Below, in pieces: positions 9,902 through 18,746 of a stretch of DNA of 64,000 nucleotides (its first letter is position 1; each line of letters starts with the position of its first letter). The translations under genes were made by a program, and so were the position numbers. Source of the DNA: an uncultured Verrucomicrobiae bacterium (GTDB lineage: Bacteria > Verrucomicrobiota > Verrucomicrobiia > Chthoniobacterales > JAATET01). The DNA lies in NCBI GenBank assembly GCA_963719495.1, contig CAVRCI010000004.1, positions 192,001 to 256,000 of the forward strand. The letters run 5' to 3'. Under the pieces are notes generated by a model. The model saw only the letters and a program-made list of their open reading frames with translations, searched no databases and was not told the DNA's origin.

Positions 9902-10969
9902 GTGGAAAAGAATTTGGTATTAAATCGTCCCGAACCTCTAGATTTGAGGACTCAAGTCGTTCCGTTTACGAAGAGAAAGGGGGCGCAGACCGCCGTTGAT
10001 GATCTCATCGAGGGGCGTCGTGTTCTAATCCAAGACTTTTACAGCAGCGGACTCCTTGTCCTCAGCCAGCTTAGGAAGTCTGTCAATCATCACTATTCCG
10101 CTGAATCCTATCGGGGGCAGAGGGAAAATCGAGCTGCATTCCGAGAACTCTCAAACAGAATTCTGCTCCACGTGAAGGATAGTCAGTTGCTGGCCAGAAA
10201 AGCGCCCAAAATCGGATGGCTTAGTGAACTGTATCCTGACGTGAAAGAATTCTTTATTCCTCTTCCTCAGGTCCAAGGTCTGAACAGTTCCTGGCAATGG
10301 TTTCAAAAAGGAATTTCGATACCAACTCTCAAGGATAAGGTGTTTCCATATTACGGGACTTACTTCCCAACGCGTTTTGAGCATCTCCAGCTGCTCGAAG
10401 ACTGGCTTGAAAGCTACGCGGGTAGCAAGGAAATCGCGATCGACGTCGGAGTCGGTAGCGGGGTGATCACCCATCAGGTCCTCAACCACGGCTTCGAAAA
10501 GGTCCGTGCCACCGATATCAATCCAAATGCGATTTACGGCATGCAACAATCGCTGAAAGGAAAATGCCTCACGTCAAGAGTCGAGCTGGCCCTCGGAGAT
10601 TTATTTGCCAACTCCGAGCTTCAGGCGGATTTGATCGTGTTCAATCCTCCGTGGCTTCCGTTAGAGGAGGGCAATAAAGGCATCGATCAAGCGATGTATT
10701 ACGAGCCAGACATGTTTCCCCGATTTTTTGCAGAGGCGCCCAAGCACCTGAAACCGGGTGGCTGTCTCGTGCTATTGTTTTCAAACCTTGCTCAAATCAC
10801 TCGCCAGTCGAAAGCCAATCCAATCAACGAAGAAATCAAGCACGGCGGCCGCTTTCTCAAAGAGAACCTCGTGAGATCAAAAGTCCGGACTGGTTCAAAC
10901 AAAACCCGAAGGAATCAAAGCTGGCGTGGGGACGAGCTCGTGGAGTTATGGGTCTTGAAGCCCGCTTAG
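9902..10969 (+). CDS. Class I SAM-dependent methyltransferase (HemK/RsmC-like, NPPW)
   Basis: Motif I IDVGVGSG and motif IV VFNPPW; visibly AT-richer than flanking genes. Confidence 0.85.
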   Translation: MEKNLVLNRPEPLDLRTQVVPFTKRKGAQTAVDDLIEGRRVLIQDFYSSGLLVLSQLRKSVNHHYSAESYRGQRENRAAFRELSNRILLHVKDSQLLARKAPKIGWLSELYPDVKEFFIPLPQVQGLNSSWQWFQKGISIPTLKDKVFPYYGTYFPTRFEHLQLLEDWLESYAGSKEIAIDVGVGSGVITHQVLNHGFEKVRATDINPNAIYGMQQSLKGKCLTSRVELALGDLFANSELQADLIVFNPPWLPLEEGNKGIDQAMYYEPDMFPRFFAEAPKHLKPGGCLVLLFSNLAQITRQSKANPINEEIKHGGRFLKENLVRSKVRTGSNKTRRNQSWRGDELVELWVLKPA

Positions 10970-11409
10970 TTTTCACTGGGATTTACCAATAGAAAATAGA
11001 CTCGGTCCATTGCAGAAGAGGATCAAGCGCGCCAATGCGGAGATTGAAACCATTCGACTGCAGTCCGAATCTCTGGTGGGTCAAATCTCGCATTGAATGA
11101 GGAAGCCGAGATGTAGGGGATGAACGGTGTTTAAACGGGTTACTCGAAAAAGTCTGTCCGTGCTAATTGACGCATTCCCGCGGCGGATCGGGAATTCGGT
11201 TTGGGCTCGATTGGGGAGTTTGCGGGTGCCCGGCATGATGCGATGGCGATCGGAAGAAGACGGGCGTCGCTTGTTCTGAAAGAGGGACGCGCCGTTGAAG
11301 CGTCCCTCTCCGTCGCTTCCATTTCTATGAGCGGTGGGATGTGAATCGCTGCCAAACGGCTAGGACAGATTTATCGGCGGACGGCAACCAGTGCGCTTGG
11401 TGGTGGTTG

Positions 11410-11593
11410 CTAACCCTACTTCGCGGACTGGAGGGGTTGAAAGGTTGCGGACCCGCTATTTTGCAGGACCGAGGTCGAAAGGTCGGCACTACAGGCGCTT
11501 TCGGAGCCCTCCCCCTTGTATTTATGCGGGTTCGACGCCTTCAAGGTGCCGAAAATAGCTGTTTTGGGCCTCCAGTCCGCGAAGTGGGGCTAG
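11410..11593. mobile_element. Small MITE-like element with 25-bp imperfect TIRs, TA-flanked
   Basis: Left end CTAACCCTACTTCGCGGACTGGAGG (11410-11434) vs reverse complement of right end CTAGCCCCACTTCGCGGACTGGAGG (11569-11593), 23/25 identical; no convincing ORF inside. Confidence 0.65.
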
Positions 11594-11890
11594 ATGGTTG
11601 TTTTTTGCCGCGACCGATTTTCGTTCGCGTCGGCTTTTGGGGCGGGCGGCATATCGTTTGATTGGGAGCGGCTCGCTGGCGCATCGCCGGGTGCGCGGCT
11701 CCGGGACGGTGCCGCTCGCACGCCGGGAGGCGTGCGTTCCCCCGGAGGTGGTTTTTGGTGCCGGTTGGGGGTTGTTTGGGGTGGTTGATCGTTGGACGCC
11801 GAGGGGACCGGGCAGAATGCGCGGTCCAACCGGCAGGGATGCCTGTTCTCCCCTTGCGGAGCGGCGGTTGGGGTTCTACGTTTTTCGGCC

Positions 11891-12112
11891 ATGCCCACTT
11901 ACGTTTATGAGACGACCGACTCGAAGGCGGTTCGGCGTTTCGAGATCAAGCAGTCGATGCGGGAGGATGCGCTGCGGTTCGATCCGGATTCGGGGCGGCC
12001 GGTGCGGCGGGTGATTTCGGGTGGCTACGGCTACCTCGAGAAGGGGAGGAAGACGGAGGCTGGGGCGGCGACCGGTGGGAGTTGCGCGTCGGGTGGGTGT
12101 GGGTGTTGCTGA
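11891..12112 (+). CDS. FmdB-family zinc-ribbon-like regulatory protein (Cys-less core)
   Basis: MPTYVYE...FEIKQSM.EDAL..DP.SG.PVRRVISGG pattern; Cys-rich tail CASGGCGCC. Confidence 0.8.
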   Translation: MPTYVYETTDSKAVRRFEIKQSMREDALRFDPDSGRPVRRVISGGYGYLEKGRKTEAGAATGGSCASGGCGCC

Positions 12113-12170
12113 GGCGGGGGAGGTTTTGCTGGCTCCTGCTCGTGATCGGAGACTAAATCCTGAGAATCCA

Positions 12171-12198
12171 GAGATCTTTCACTTCGTTCAAGATGACA
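12171..12198. repeat. REP-like unit GAGATC(T/C)TTCACTTCGTTCA(A/G)GATGACA, copy 1
   Basis: Near-identical to 42999-43026; both copies are intergenic. Confidence 0.65.
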
Positions 12199-12249
12199 GT
12201 CGGGGAGTGACAGTTGGGGAGGGGCGGACGCCCGGCGCGAAGTTCGAAC

Positions 12250-13467
12250 ATGACCAGTAATCGCTCCCGGTTGGGGATCATCTTTTTCACCATCTTTATC
12301 GACATGGTGGGGTTCGGCATCGTGATTCCGGTGCTGCCGCGTTACGCGGAGCATTTTGGCGCTACGGCGATTCAGAATGGTTTGCTGGTGGCGTCGTATT
12401 CGTTCGCGCAATTCTTCGCGGCGCCGGTGCTGGGCATGATCTCGGACCGGGTGGGGCGGAAGCCCGTGCTGTTCGTGAGCATTCTGGGGACATCGCTCGG
12501 GTTTCTGCTCATGGGGTTGGCGGGGGCGTTGTGGATGTTGTTCGTGGCGCGGCTGGTGGACGGGATCGCGGGGGGGAATATCGGAACGGCGCAGGCTTAC
12601 GTGGCGGACATCACGACGCCGGAGAAACGGGCGAAGGCGATGGGTCTCATCGGGGCGGCGTTCGGGCTCGGGTTCGTTTTCGGGCCGGCGATCGGGGGTT
12701 GGCTGAGCGCGGCGTATGGCTACGCGAGTCCGATGTATTTCGCGGCGGGATTGGCGCTGCTCAATGCGTTGCTGGTGCTGGCGATCCTGCCGGAGAGTCT
12801 GCCGAAGGAGAAACGGGGGGCGCGGAAGCGGGAGTCGATTTTTGCCGTGTTCGATCACGCGGATCGGCGGGTGTATTCGCTGGTGACGGCGACGTATTTT
12901 TTCCTGATCACGGGGTTTTCGATGATGACTTTCGTCTTCGCGTTGTTCCTTTGGCACAAGTTCGGGATGGACGAGCTGCACACGGGAAACATTCTCGGGA
13001 TGGTGGGCATCATCGGCGTGATCATTCAGGGTGGGCTGATCGGGCGGCTGGTGAAGCGGTTTGGTGAGGCGCGGCTGACGACTTTTGGGTCTTCGGTGCT
13101 GTGCGCGAGTCTGTTCGCGTTGCCGTTTGCGACGGGGTTGGGGACGTTGTTGGTTTTCAGCGCGGGCATCGCGGTGGGGAACAGTCTGCTCATGCCGGCG
13201 CTCACGAGCATCGCGTCGCGGAGCGTGGACGCGGAGTGGCAGGGCCGGGGGTTGGGGTTGGTGCAATCGGCGGGGAGCGCGGCGCGGTGGGTGGGGCCGG
13301 CGATCGCGGGGTTGTTGCTGAGTCTGGACGTGGGGCGAGGGAAGGAATTCTACGCGCAGACGCCGCTGTGGACCGGCGCGGCGCTGGTCGGGGTGGGCAT
13401 TTTTCTCACGCTGGCGCTGCCGCGGCGGATGGCTGCCGATGCCGTCGGTGGCGAGGCGGCGGCGTAG
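12250..13467 (+). CDS. MFS transporter, TetA/DHA1-like
   Basis: IDMVGFGIVIPVLP, motif A GMISDRVGRKPVL, motif C GFVFGPAIGG; 12 predicted TMs. Confidence 0.9.
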   Translation: MTSNRSRLGIIFFTIFIDMVGFGIVIPVLPRYAEHFGATAIQNGLLVASYSFAQFFAAPVLGMISDRVGRKPVLFVSILGTSLGFLLMGLAGALWMLFVARLVDGIAGGNIGTAQAYVADITTPEKRAKAMGLIGAAFGLGFVFGPAIGGWLSAAYGYASPMYFAAGLALLNALLVLAILPESLPKEKRGARKRESIFAVFDHADRRVYSLVTATYFFLITGFSMMTFVFALFLWHKFGMDELHTGNILGMVGIIGVIIQGGLIGRLVKRFGEARLTTFGSSVLCASLFALPFATGLGTLLVFSAGIAVGNSLLMPALTSIASRSVDAEWQGRGLGLVQSAGSAARWVGPAIAGLLLSLDVGRGKEFYAQTPLWTGAALVGVGIFLTLALPRRMAADAVGGEAAA

Positions 13468-13576
13468 GGGCAACGCTTTCCAATTTCCGGGCTTGGTCAT
13501 GAGCGGATCGCCGCGGGCCGGGTGGAAGTTGGATTTTGAGATTGCCGGAGTTGCATGAAAAATCGATAAGGGTTGC

Positions 13577-14854
13577 ATGAGAGGTAACTTCTGTTGGGCG
13601 GTGGTATTGTTGGTCGGGTCGATTGGCTGGGGGCGGACGCAGGAGTTTCCAGTGACAAATTTGCAGCCCTACCTTGTGATCAATCAGGTGATCGTGACCG
13701 ATGGCAGCCGAGCCGGGGAGATCGTTGGTTTCGCGGGTGATTTTGCGCCATCGGGAAGTTTGATCGCGGACGGGAGCGTGCTGGCGATCGCGGACAATTC
13801 GGCGCTGTTCAACGCGATCGGGGCGACCTACGGCGGCGACGGCGTAACGACGTTTGCGCTGCCGGATCTGCGGGGCCGCGCGATCACGGGGGCCGGGACC
13901 GGCGCGGACGGGGTCGTCCGGCAGCTCGGGTCGGCATTTGGGTCAGCGACCTATACGGTGGGGACGGGAAATCTCCCGGTCTCGCAGGGTGGCTCGGCGG
14001 CGCCAATCGCCAACGCGAGTCCGACGCTTGCCCTCACCAACGGAATTTACCGGACGGGGTTCTTCCCCATCCAGGGAAGCGGAGGGGGCGGCGCGCCGAA
14101 CCCGACCATCGGGCAGATCGTGACGACGGCTCGCGCGGATCTGCCGTCGGGTGCGCTGTCGACCGATGGGTCGCTGCTCCCGGTGGCTGGGAACGAAACG
14201 TTCTCCGCCGTCTTGGGCACGGCGTTCGGCGGTGACGGCGTGACGGATTTTGCCATCCCGGACCTACGCGGGGGCTCCGTGCTGGGCGCGGTCGGAGGGG
14301 GCGCGGTGGGAACCACGCTCGGGTCGGGGGAGATTGTCCTCACGTTGGAAAATTTGCCGCCGGGCCGGGGCGGGAGCGGCGTGCCGGTCAGTAACGTCGC
14401 GCCGGGCTTGAACCTTTTTTACGGCATCGCGGTGGGCGGACTCTACCCAACGCGCGATGGGGCATCGCTCTTCGAGGGCGACGATGCGATTCTCGGTCAG
14501 ATTTCGTTGTTTGCGGGCCAATACGTGCCGCGCGGATTCGTGGTGGCCGACGGGGCAAGTCTGCTGATCCAGGAGAAAACCGCGCTCTATTCGGTGATTC
14601 AGGGGATTTACGGCGGCGACGACGTGACCGAATTCAACGTGCCGAATCTCGCGAACCGGCAGGCGGTGGGCACGGGGATGCCGGACATTGGACTGCTCGG
14701 CGAATCGTTCGGAGAGAGCGTCGTGGAACTGATGGACATTCAAGTGCCGGTCGCGCCCGTGCCGGAACCCGGGGCGTTCGGCTGGCTGGTGGTCGCGGCT
14801 CTCGGGGCGGTGGTCGGGGCCCGCCGGGCGGCGTCGCGGCGGCGGGCGGGCTGA
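13577..14854 (+). CDS. Secreted triple phage-tail-collar (MdpB-like) protein with PEP-CTERM anchor
   Basis: Signal peptide; three collar motifs (IGATYGGDGVTTFALPDLRGR, LGTAFGGDGVTDFAIPDLRG, IQGIYGGDDVTEFNVPNLANR); C-terminal VPEP-TM-RRAASRRR. Confidence 0.85.
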   Translation: MRGNFCWAVVLLVGSIGWGRTQEFPVTNLQPYLVINQVIVTDGSRAGEIVGFAGDFAPSGSLIADGSVLAIADNSALFNAIGATYGGDGVTTFALPDLRGRAITGAGTGADGVVRQLGSAFGSATYTVGTGNLPVSQGGSAAPIANASPTLALTNGIYRTGFFPIQGSGGGGAPNPTIGQIVTTARADLPSGALSTDGSLLPVAGNETFSAVLGTAFGGDGVTDFAIPDLRGGSVLGAVGGGAVGTTLGSGEIVLTLENLPPGRGGSGVPVSNVAPGLNLFYGIAVGGLYPTRDGASLFEGDDAILGQISLFAGQYVPRGFVVADGASLLIQEKTALYSVIQGIYGGDDVTEFNVPNLANRQAVGTGMPDIGLLGESFGESVVELMDIQVPVAPVPEPGAFGWLVVAALGAVVGARRAASRRRAG

Positions 14855-15316
14855 GGGTGAGATTGAAAGTGCGTCCGAGGCTGAGCCCAAAGGTGCGAGT
14901 GAGATTGGGATCAACGAGCCAGCCCGCGTCGAGCCGCGGGTAAAGCCACCTCGGAAGAGCCCGGGCCTTACTGCTGGCGAGCCGGAGCTTGCCCGTCGGA
15001 AGGCCGCGGATCCGCGGGTGCCCGGACGGGGAGTGGCGAGCGAGCGAACGAACGAACGAACGATTGAACGAACGAACGAATGATTGAATGAATGAATCCG
15101 CTCCCGATAAAACGTAACGGCCGTTACGTTTTATCGGTCGACTCCGCGGGAATTTGGGGGGGCGTCTGGATGAGGCGGGAGACCCGATGCTGCGAGGCCT
15201 TGGACCGTGGCGATCTCCCACGGACTCGTCGCCAGCCTCCTGGCGTCCCCCCAGTCAGACGTTATTGGCGTTCACGAGATTCTTCTTCCGATCAGGACGC
15301 GCTTTCAATCACACCC
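14855..15316 (+). mobile_element. Non-autonomous transposable element (MITE), copy 1, 462 bp
   Basis: TIRs GGGTGAGATTGAAAGTGCGTCC / GGACGCGCTTTCAATCACACCC; exact 9-bp TSD GCGGGCTGA (14846-14854, 15317-15325); second copy inverted at 38356-38948. Confidence 0.9.
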
Positions 15317-15398
15317 GCGGGCTGAGATCCCGCGCTTTTCGGCGCTTTTCGGATTGCTTCGGGATTGGCGCGCTCTAGGGTCTGCCGGGCTGTTCGTC

Positions 15399-16355
15399 AT
15401 GTATCATTCCAGGCCCGAGATCAAGATATTCACCGGAAGTGCGCACCGGGAGCTTGCGCAGAATATCTGCGACTATCTCGGGGTGCCCTTGGGTGACGCG
15501 ACGGTTACGTCGTTTCCCGACGGCGAGACGTTCGTCAAAATCAACGAGAACATCCGCGGGCGTGACATCTTCATCGTCCAGCCGACGTGTCCGCCGACGA
15601 ATCAGAACTTGATGGAACTGTTGATCCTCGTGGATGCGGCGAGGCGCGCGAGTGCGGAGCGGATCACGGCCGTGCTGCCGTTCTTCGGCTACGCTCGGCA
15701 GGATCGGAAGGACCAACCGCGAGTGCCGATCACGGCGAAGTTGGTGGCGAATCTGCTCGTTGCGGCGGGCGTGAACCGCGTGCTGACGATGGATTTGCAC
15801 GCGCAGCAGCTCCAGGGATTTTTCGACATCCCGGTGGATCACCTGCACGCGCTGCCGGTGCTGGAGAGGTATCTTTCCGGGAAGAACTTCACGAACCTCG
15901 CGGTCGTGTCGCCGGACGTCGGTGGCGTGAAGATGGGTGCGGCTTACGCGCAGGCGCTCGGTGCTTCGCTGGCAATCGTTGTGAAGCGGCGGGTTTCGGC
16001 GACCGAGACCGAGGCTCTGCACGTGATCGGCGACGTCGAGGGGAAGACGATTCTCATCGTCGACGATCTCACCGAGACGGCCGGGACGATCACCGGGGCG
16101 GCGCGGATTTTGCGCGAGCGGGGAGCCGGCGAGATTTATGCTGGCATTTCCCACGCCGTGTTGACAGAACTGGCCGTTGAGCGATTGAAAGGCTCCGAAA
16201 TCAAGGAGCTGATCACGACTGACAGCACTCCGGTCCACCCGGGGGCGGGAGGTCGCGTGAAGGTGCTGTCCGTCTCGGAACTTCTGGGCGAGGGCATCAG
16301 CCGGATTCACAACGATGAGTCGGTGACCTCGCTCTTCAAGCTCAAGAATAAGTAA
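15399..16355 (+). CDS. prs: Ribose-phosphate pyrophosphokinase
   Basis: FPDGETFVKINENIRG, FFGYARQDRK, VVSPDVGG and IVDDLTETAGT motifs. Confidence 0.97.
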   Translation: MYHSRPEIKIFTGSAHRELAQNICDYLGVPLGDATVTSFPDGETFVKINENIRGRDIFIVQPTCPPTNQNLMELLILVDAARRASAERITAVLPFFGYARQDRKDQPRVPITAKLVANLLVAAGVNRVLTMDLHAQQLQGFFDIPVDHLHALPVLERYLSGKNFTNLAVVSPDVGGVKMGAAYAQALGASLAIVVKRRVSATETEALHVIGDVEGKTILIVDDLTETAGTITGAARILRERGAGEIYAGISHAVLTELAVERLKGSEIKELITTDSTPVHPGAGGRVKVLSVSELLGEGISRIHNDESVTSLFKLKNK

Positions 16356-16372
16356 TCCCATCCTCTGATATC

Positions 16373-17065
16373 ATGTCCAAGCAAGTGAAACTGAACGCGG
16401 TCCCCCGCGCCGAATCCGGCCGCAACGCCGTCAAGAAAGTCCGCGCCCGCGGTGGAATTCCCGCGATCCTCTACGGAGGCGGAGCGACGCCGGCCAATCT
16501 CGAAGTCGATCGGAAGTCCGTCGAGCGGCTCCTCGCCCACGCGTCCAGCGAGCACGTCCTCGTGGACCTCGAGATCGGCGGCGACGATGCCCGGAATCAG
16601 CTCACGATCATTCAGGAAGTGCAGCATCACCCGGTGCGGCGTGAGATTTTGCACCTCGATCTCCTGGCCGTTTCCCGAACCGAGAAGATCACGTCCGAAG
16701 TGCCGATCGAGCCACAGGGCGACGCGGTTGGCGTGAAGCAGGGTGGCGGTGTCCTGCAGCAGCTCACCCAGGCGTTGAACGTCGAGTGTTTCCCACAGGA
16801 TTTGCCGGACGTCATCCACTACGACGTGACGGAACTCGCGATTGGCGTGCCGGTGCACGTGAGTGACCTCAAACTCCCGGAGAACGTCGTGGCGATGGCC
16901 GAGCCGGACCAGACGATTTTCCTCATCGCCGAGCCGAAGATCGCGGAGGAAGACGAAGGGAGCGCCACGACGGCCCCCGAGCTCGTCGGCGCGAAGAAGG
17001 CCGAAGACGCCGAAGGCGAAGCCGAATCCGAGGGCGAAGCCAAGTCCGAGGACGCGGAAGCCTAA
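16373..17065 (+). CDS. rplY: 50S ribosomal protein L25 / general stress protein Ctc
   Basis: IPAILYG, EVQHHPV, GVKQGGGVL motifs; acidic tail; prs-rplY-pth synteny. Confidence 0.95.
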   Translation: MSKQVKLNAVPRAESGRNAVKKVRARGGIPAILYGGGATPANLEVDRKSVERLLAHASSEHVLVDLEIGGDDARNQLTIIQEVQHHPVRREILHLDLLAVSRTEKITSEVPIEPQGDAVGVKQGGGVLQQLTQALNVECFPQDLPDVIHYDVTELAIGVPVHVSDLKLPENVVAMAEPDQTIFLIAEPKIAEEDEGSATTAPELVGAKKAEDAEGEAESEGEAKSEDAEA

Positions 17066-17086
17066 GCTTCCGAGTCCGGGTGTCCG

Positions 17087-17692
17087 ATGGATCCGCCCCC
17101 CACGCCGACGAGCGGCGGCATGTCGTGTCGGCTCGTCGCGGGTCTGGGCAATCCCGGACGGCGCTACGAGGGGACGCGGCACAACGTCGGATTCCTCGTT
17201 GCGGACGAACTGGCCCGACGGGCCGGATCGACCTTCCAACACGAATCCAAATGGACCGCCGACACCGCCCCCGGGCCGAACGATGCGCTGCTCATGAAAC
17301 CGCGAACGTTCATGAACCTGAGCGGGGAATCGGTCGGTGGATACTCGCGATTCTTCAAATTGGAGCCGGCCCAGACGCTGGTCGTGATCGACGACGTGGC
17401 GTTGCCGCTCGGCAAATTGCGATTGCGCAAATCGGGGAGTCCCGGTGGCCACAACGGATTGGAGTCCGTGCTCGAGCACCTCGGGACTCCCGAGGTGCCG
17501 CGTCTGCGCGTGGGAATCGGCGGATCGGATGCGACGGCTTTGCACGGACACGTGCTCGGGAAATTTACGGCCGCCGAGCGGGCGGACGTCGACGAAGCGA
17601 TCGTGCGGGCGGCTGATGCCGTGACGTGCATTTGCGAACGCGGATTCGAAGCCGCGATGAATCTTTACAATCGAGAACCCATCACCAACTGA
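17087..17692 (+). CDS. pth: Peptidyl-tRNA hydrolase
   Basis: GLGNPG..Y..TRHNVGF, KP.TFMNLSG, GGHNGL motifs. Start may be 17120. Confidence 0.96.
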   Translation: MDPPPTPTSGGMSCRLVAGLGNPGRRYEGTRHNVGFLVADELARRAGSTFQHESKWTADTAPGPNDALLMKPRTFMNLSGESVGGYSRFFKLEPAQTLVVIDDVALPLGKLRLRKSGSPGGHNGLESVLEHLGTPEVPRLRVGIGGSDATALHGHVLGKFTAAERADVDEAIVRAADAVTCICERGFEAAMNLYNREPITN

Positions 17693-17701
17693 CCTAATAC
17701 C

Positions 17702-18007
17702 ATGAAAAAACAATACGAAGCCCTGTTCGCGCTCGACACGCGCGGCAAAGAAGAAAGCGCCAAGGAAATCATCGAACGCATCGAGAAGGATCTCGCCGCG
17801 GGCGGAGCGAGCGTCGAGCAGACGCAGCGTCTGGAAAAGCGCGAGCTCGCCTACGAGCACAATCATCTCAAGCAAGCTTATTACGTGAACTTCGTGATCG
17901 AAACCGAGCCGTCGAACATCGTGAAACTGAAAGAAAAGTTTAAGCTCGACGCCGACGTGATGCTCCAGAACTACTTGGTGGTCCCGGCGGCCAAGGCGGC
18001 TGCGTAA
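17702..18007 (+). CDS. rpsF: 30S ribosomal protein S6
   Basis: YEALF...KRELAYE...YYVNF pattern; directly upstream of ssb. Confidence 0.88.
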   Translation: MKKQYEALFALDTRGKEESAKEIIERIEKDLAAGGASVEQTQRLEKRELAYEHNHLKQAYYVNFVIETEPSNIVKLKEKFKLDADVMLQNYLVVPAAKAAA

Positions 18008-18048
18008 TTCGCCTCACGCGCGACCACCTCAACCCACCTTCCAGCACC

Positions 18049-18549
18049 ATGGCCAGCGTCAACAAAGTTATTCTCATCGGCAACCTCACGCGCGATCCCG
18101 AGGTGAAATACACTCCCAAGGGTATGGCGGTGGCCGAAGTCGCGATCGCAGTGAACCGAAGTTACACGGTTGACGGCGACAAGCGCGAGGAGGTGACTTA
18201 TGTCGACTGCGAGCTTTGGGGCAAGACGGCTGAATTGGCGGGTCAGTATCTGTCGAAGGGCCGCCCGGTCTACTTCGAAGGGCGTCTCAAAATGGACACC
18301 TGGGACGATAAGACGACCGGAGCGAAGCGCAGCAAAATGCGCGTGGTCGTCGAGACGATGCAGTTTCTCGGGAGTCGGAACGACGGTGGCGGGGGATCCG
18401 GGGGTGGTGGAGGCGGTGGCGGTGGCGGTGGCGGTGGCGGGGGCCGCAGTTACGACGACGGTCCGGCGGCGGCGCCGCCGCGTCAGCAGGCCGCGCGGCC
18501 CGCGCCCAGCCGACCCGAGCCGGAAGAAGAGGACGAGATCCCGTTTTGA
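18049..18549 (+). CDS. ssb: Single-stranded DNA-binding protein
   Basis: NKVILIGNLTRDPE, poly-Gly linker, C-terminal DEIPF. Confidence 0.97.
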   Translation: MASVNKVILIGNLTRDPEVKYTPKGMAVAEVAIAVNRSYTVDGDKREEVTYVDCELWGKTAELAGQYLSKGRPVYFEGRLKMDTWDDKTTGAKRSKMRVVVETMQFLGSRNDGGGGSGGGGGGGGGGGGGGGRSYDDGPAAAPPRQQAARPAPSRPEPEEEDEIPF

Positions 18550-18746
18550 TTTGGTGGGAGTGCGGGGGGATTAGCGGGGAAGGGAAGCGGGGAGGAAACG
18601 TGGAGCGGGGACATCCTGTCCGCTTATCTGACTTCGTGAGGGCGGGACGCCCTCACCCCCGTTTGTTAGCCGCGGCGGGAAGAAGTGTCCGCCTTCCGGC
18701 GGATTCGGTTGGTGATTGGCTGGAAGCCAATTCCACTCGTTGATTC

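Noticed and set aside
11033..11095. Imperfect long hairpin after the methyltransferase, considered as an attC
   Set aside because: No RYYYAAC/GTTRRRY boxes; at most a terminator-like structure.
13577..14854. Prophage suggested by tail-collar domains
   Set aside because: No other phage genes; the signal peptide and PEP-CTERM indicate a host surface protein.
14855..15316. Considered as an ncRNA gene or riboswitch upstream of prs
   Set aside because: TIRs plus distinct exact 9-bp TSDs at two loci explain it as a transposed element; no known RNA motif recognised.
15207..15398. 64-aa N-terminal extension of Prs in the ORF track
   Set aside because: It starts inside the MITE; homology begins at ATG 15399.
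18388..18442. (GGT/GGC)n repeat
   Set aside because: Ordinary poly-Gly linker of SSB.
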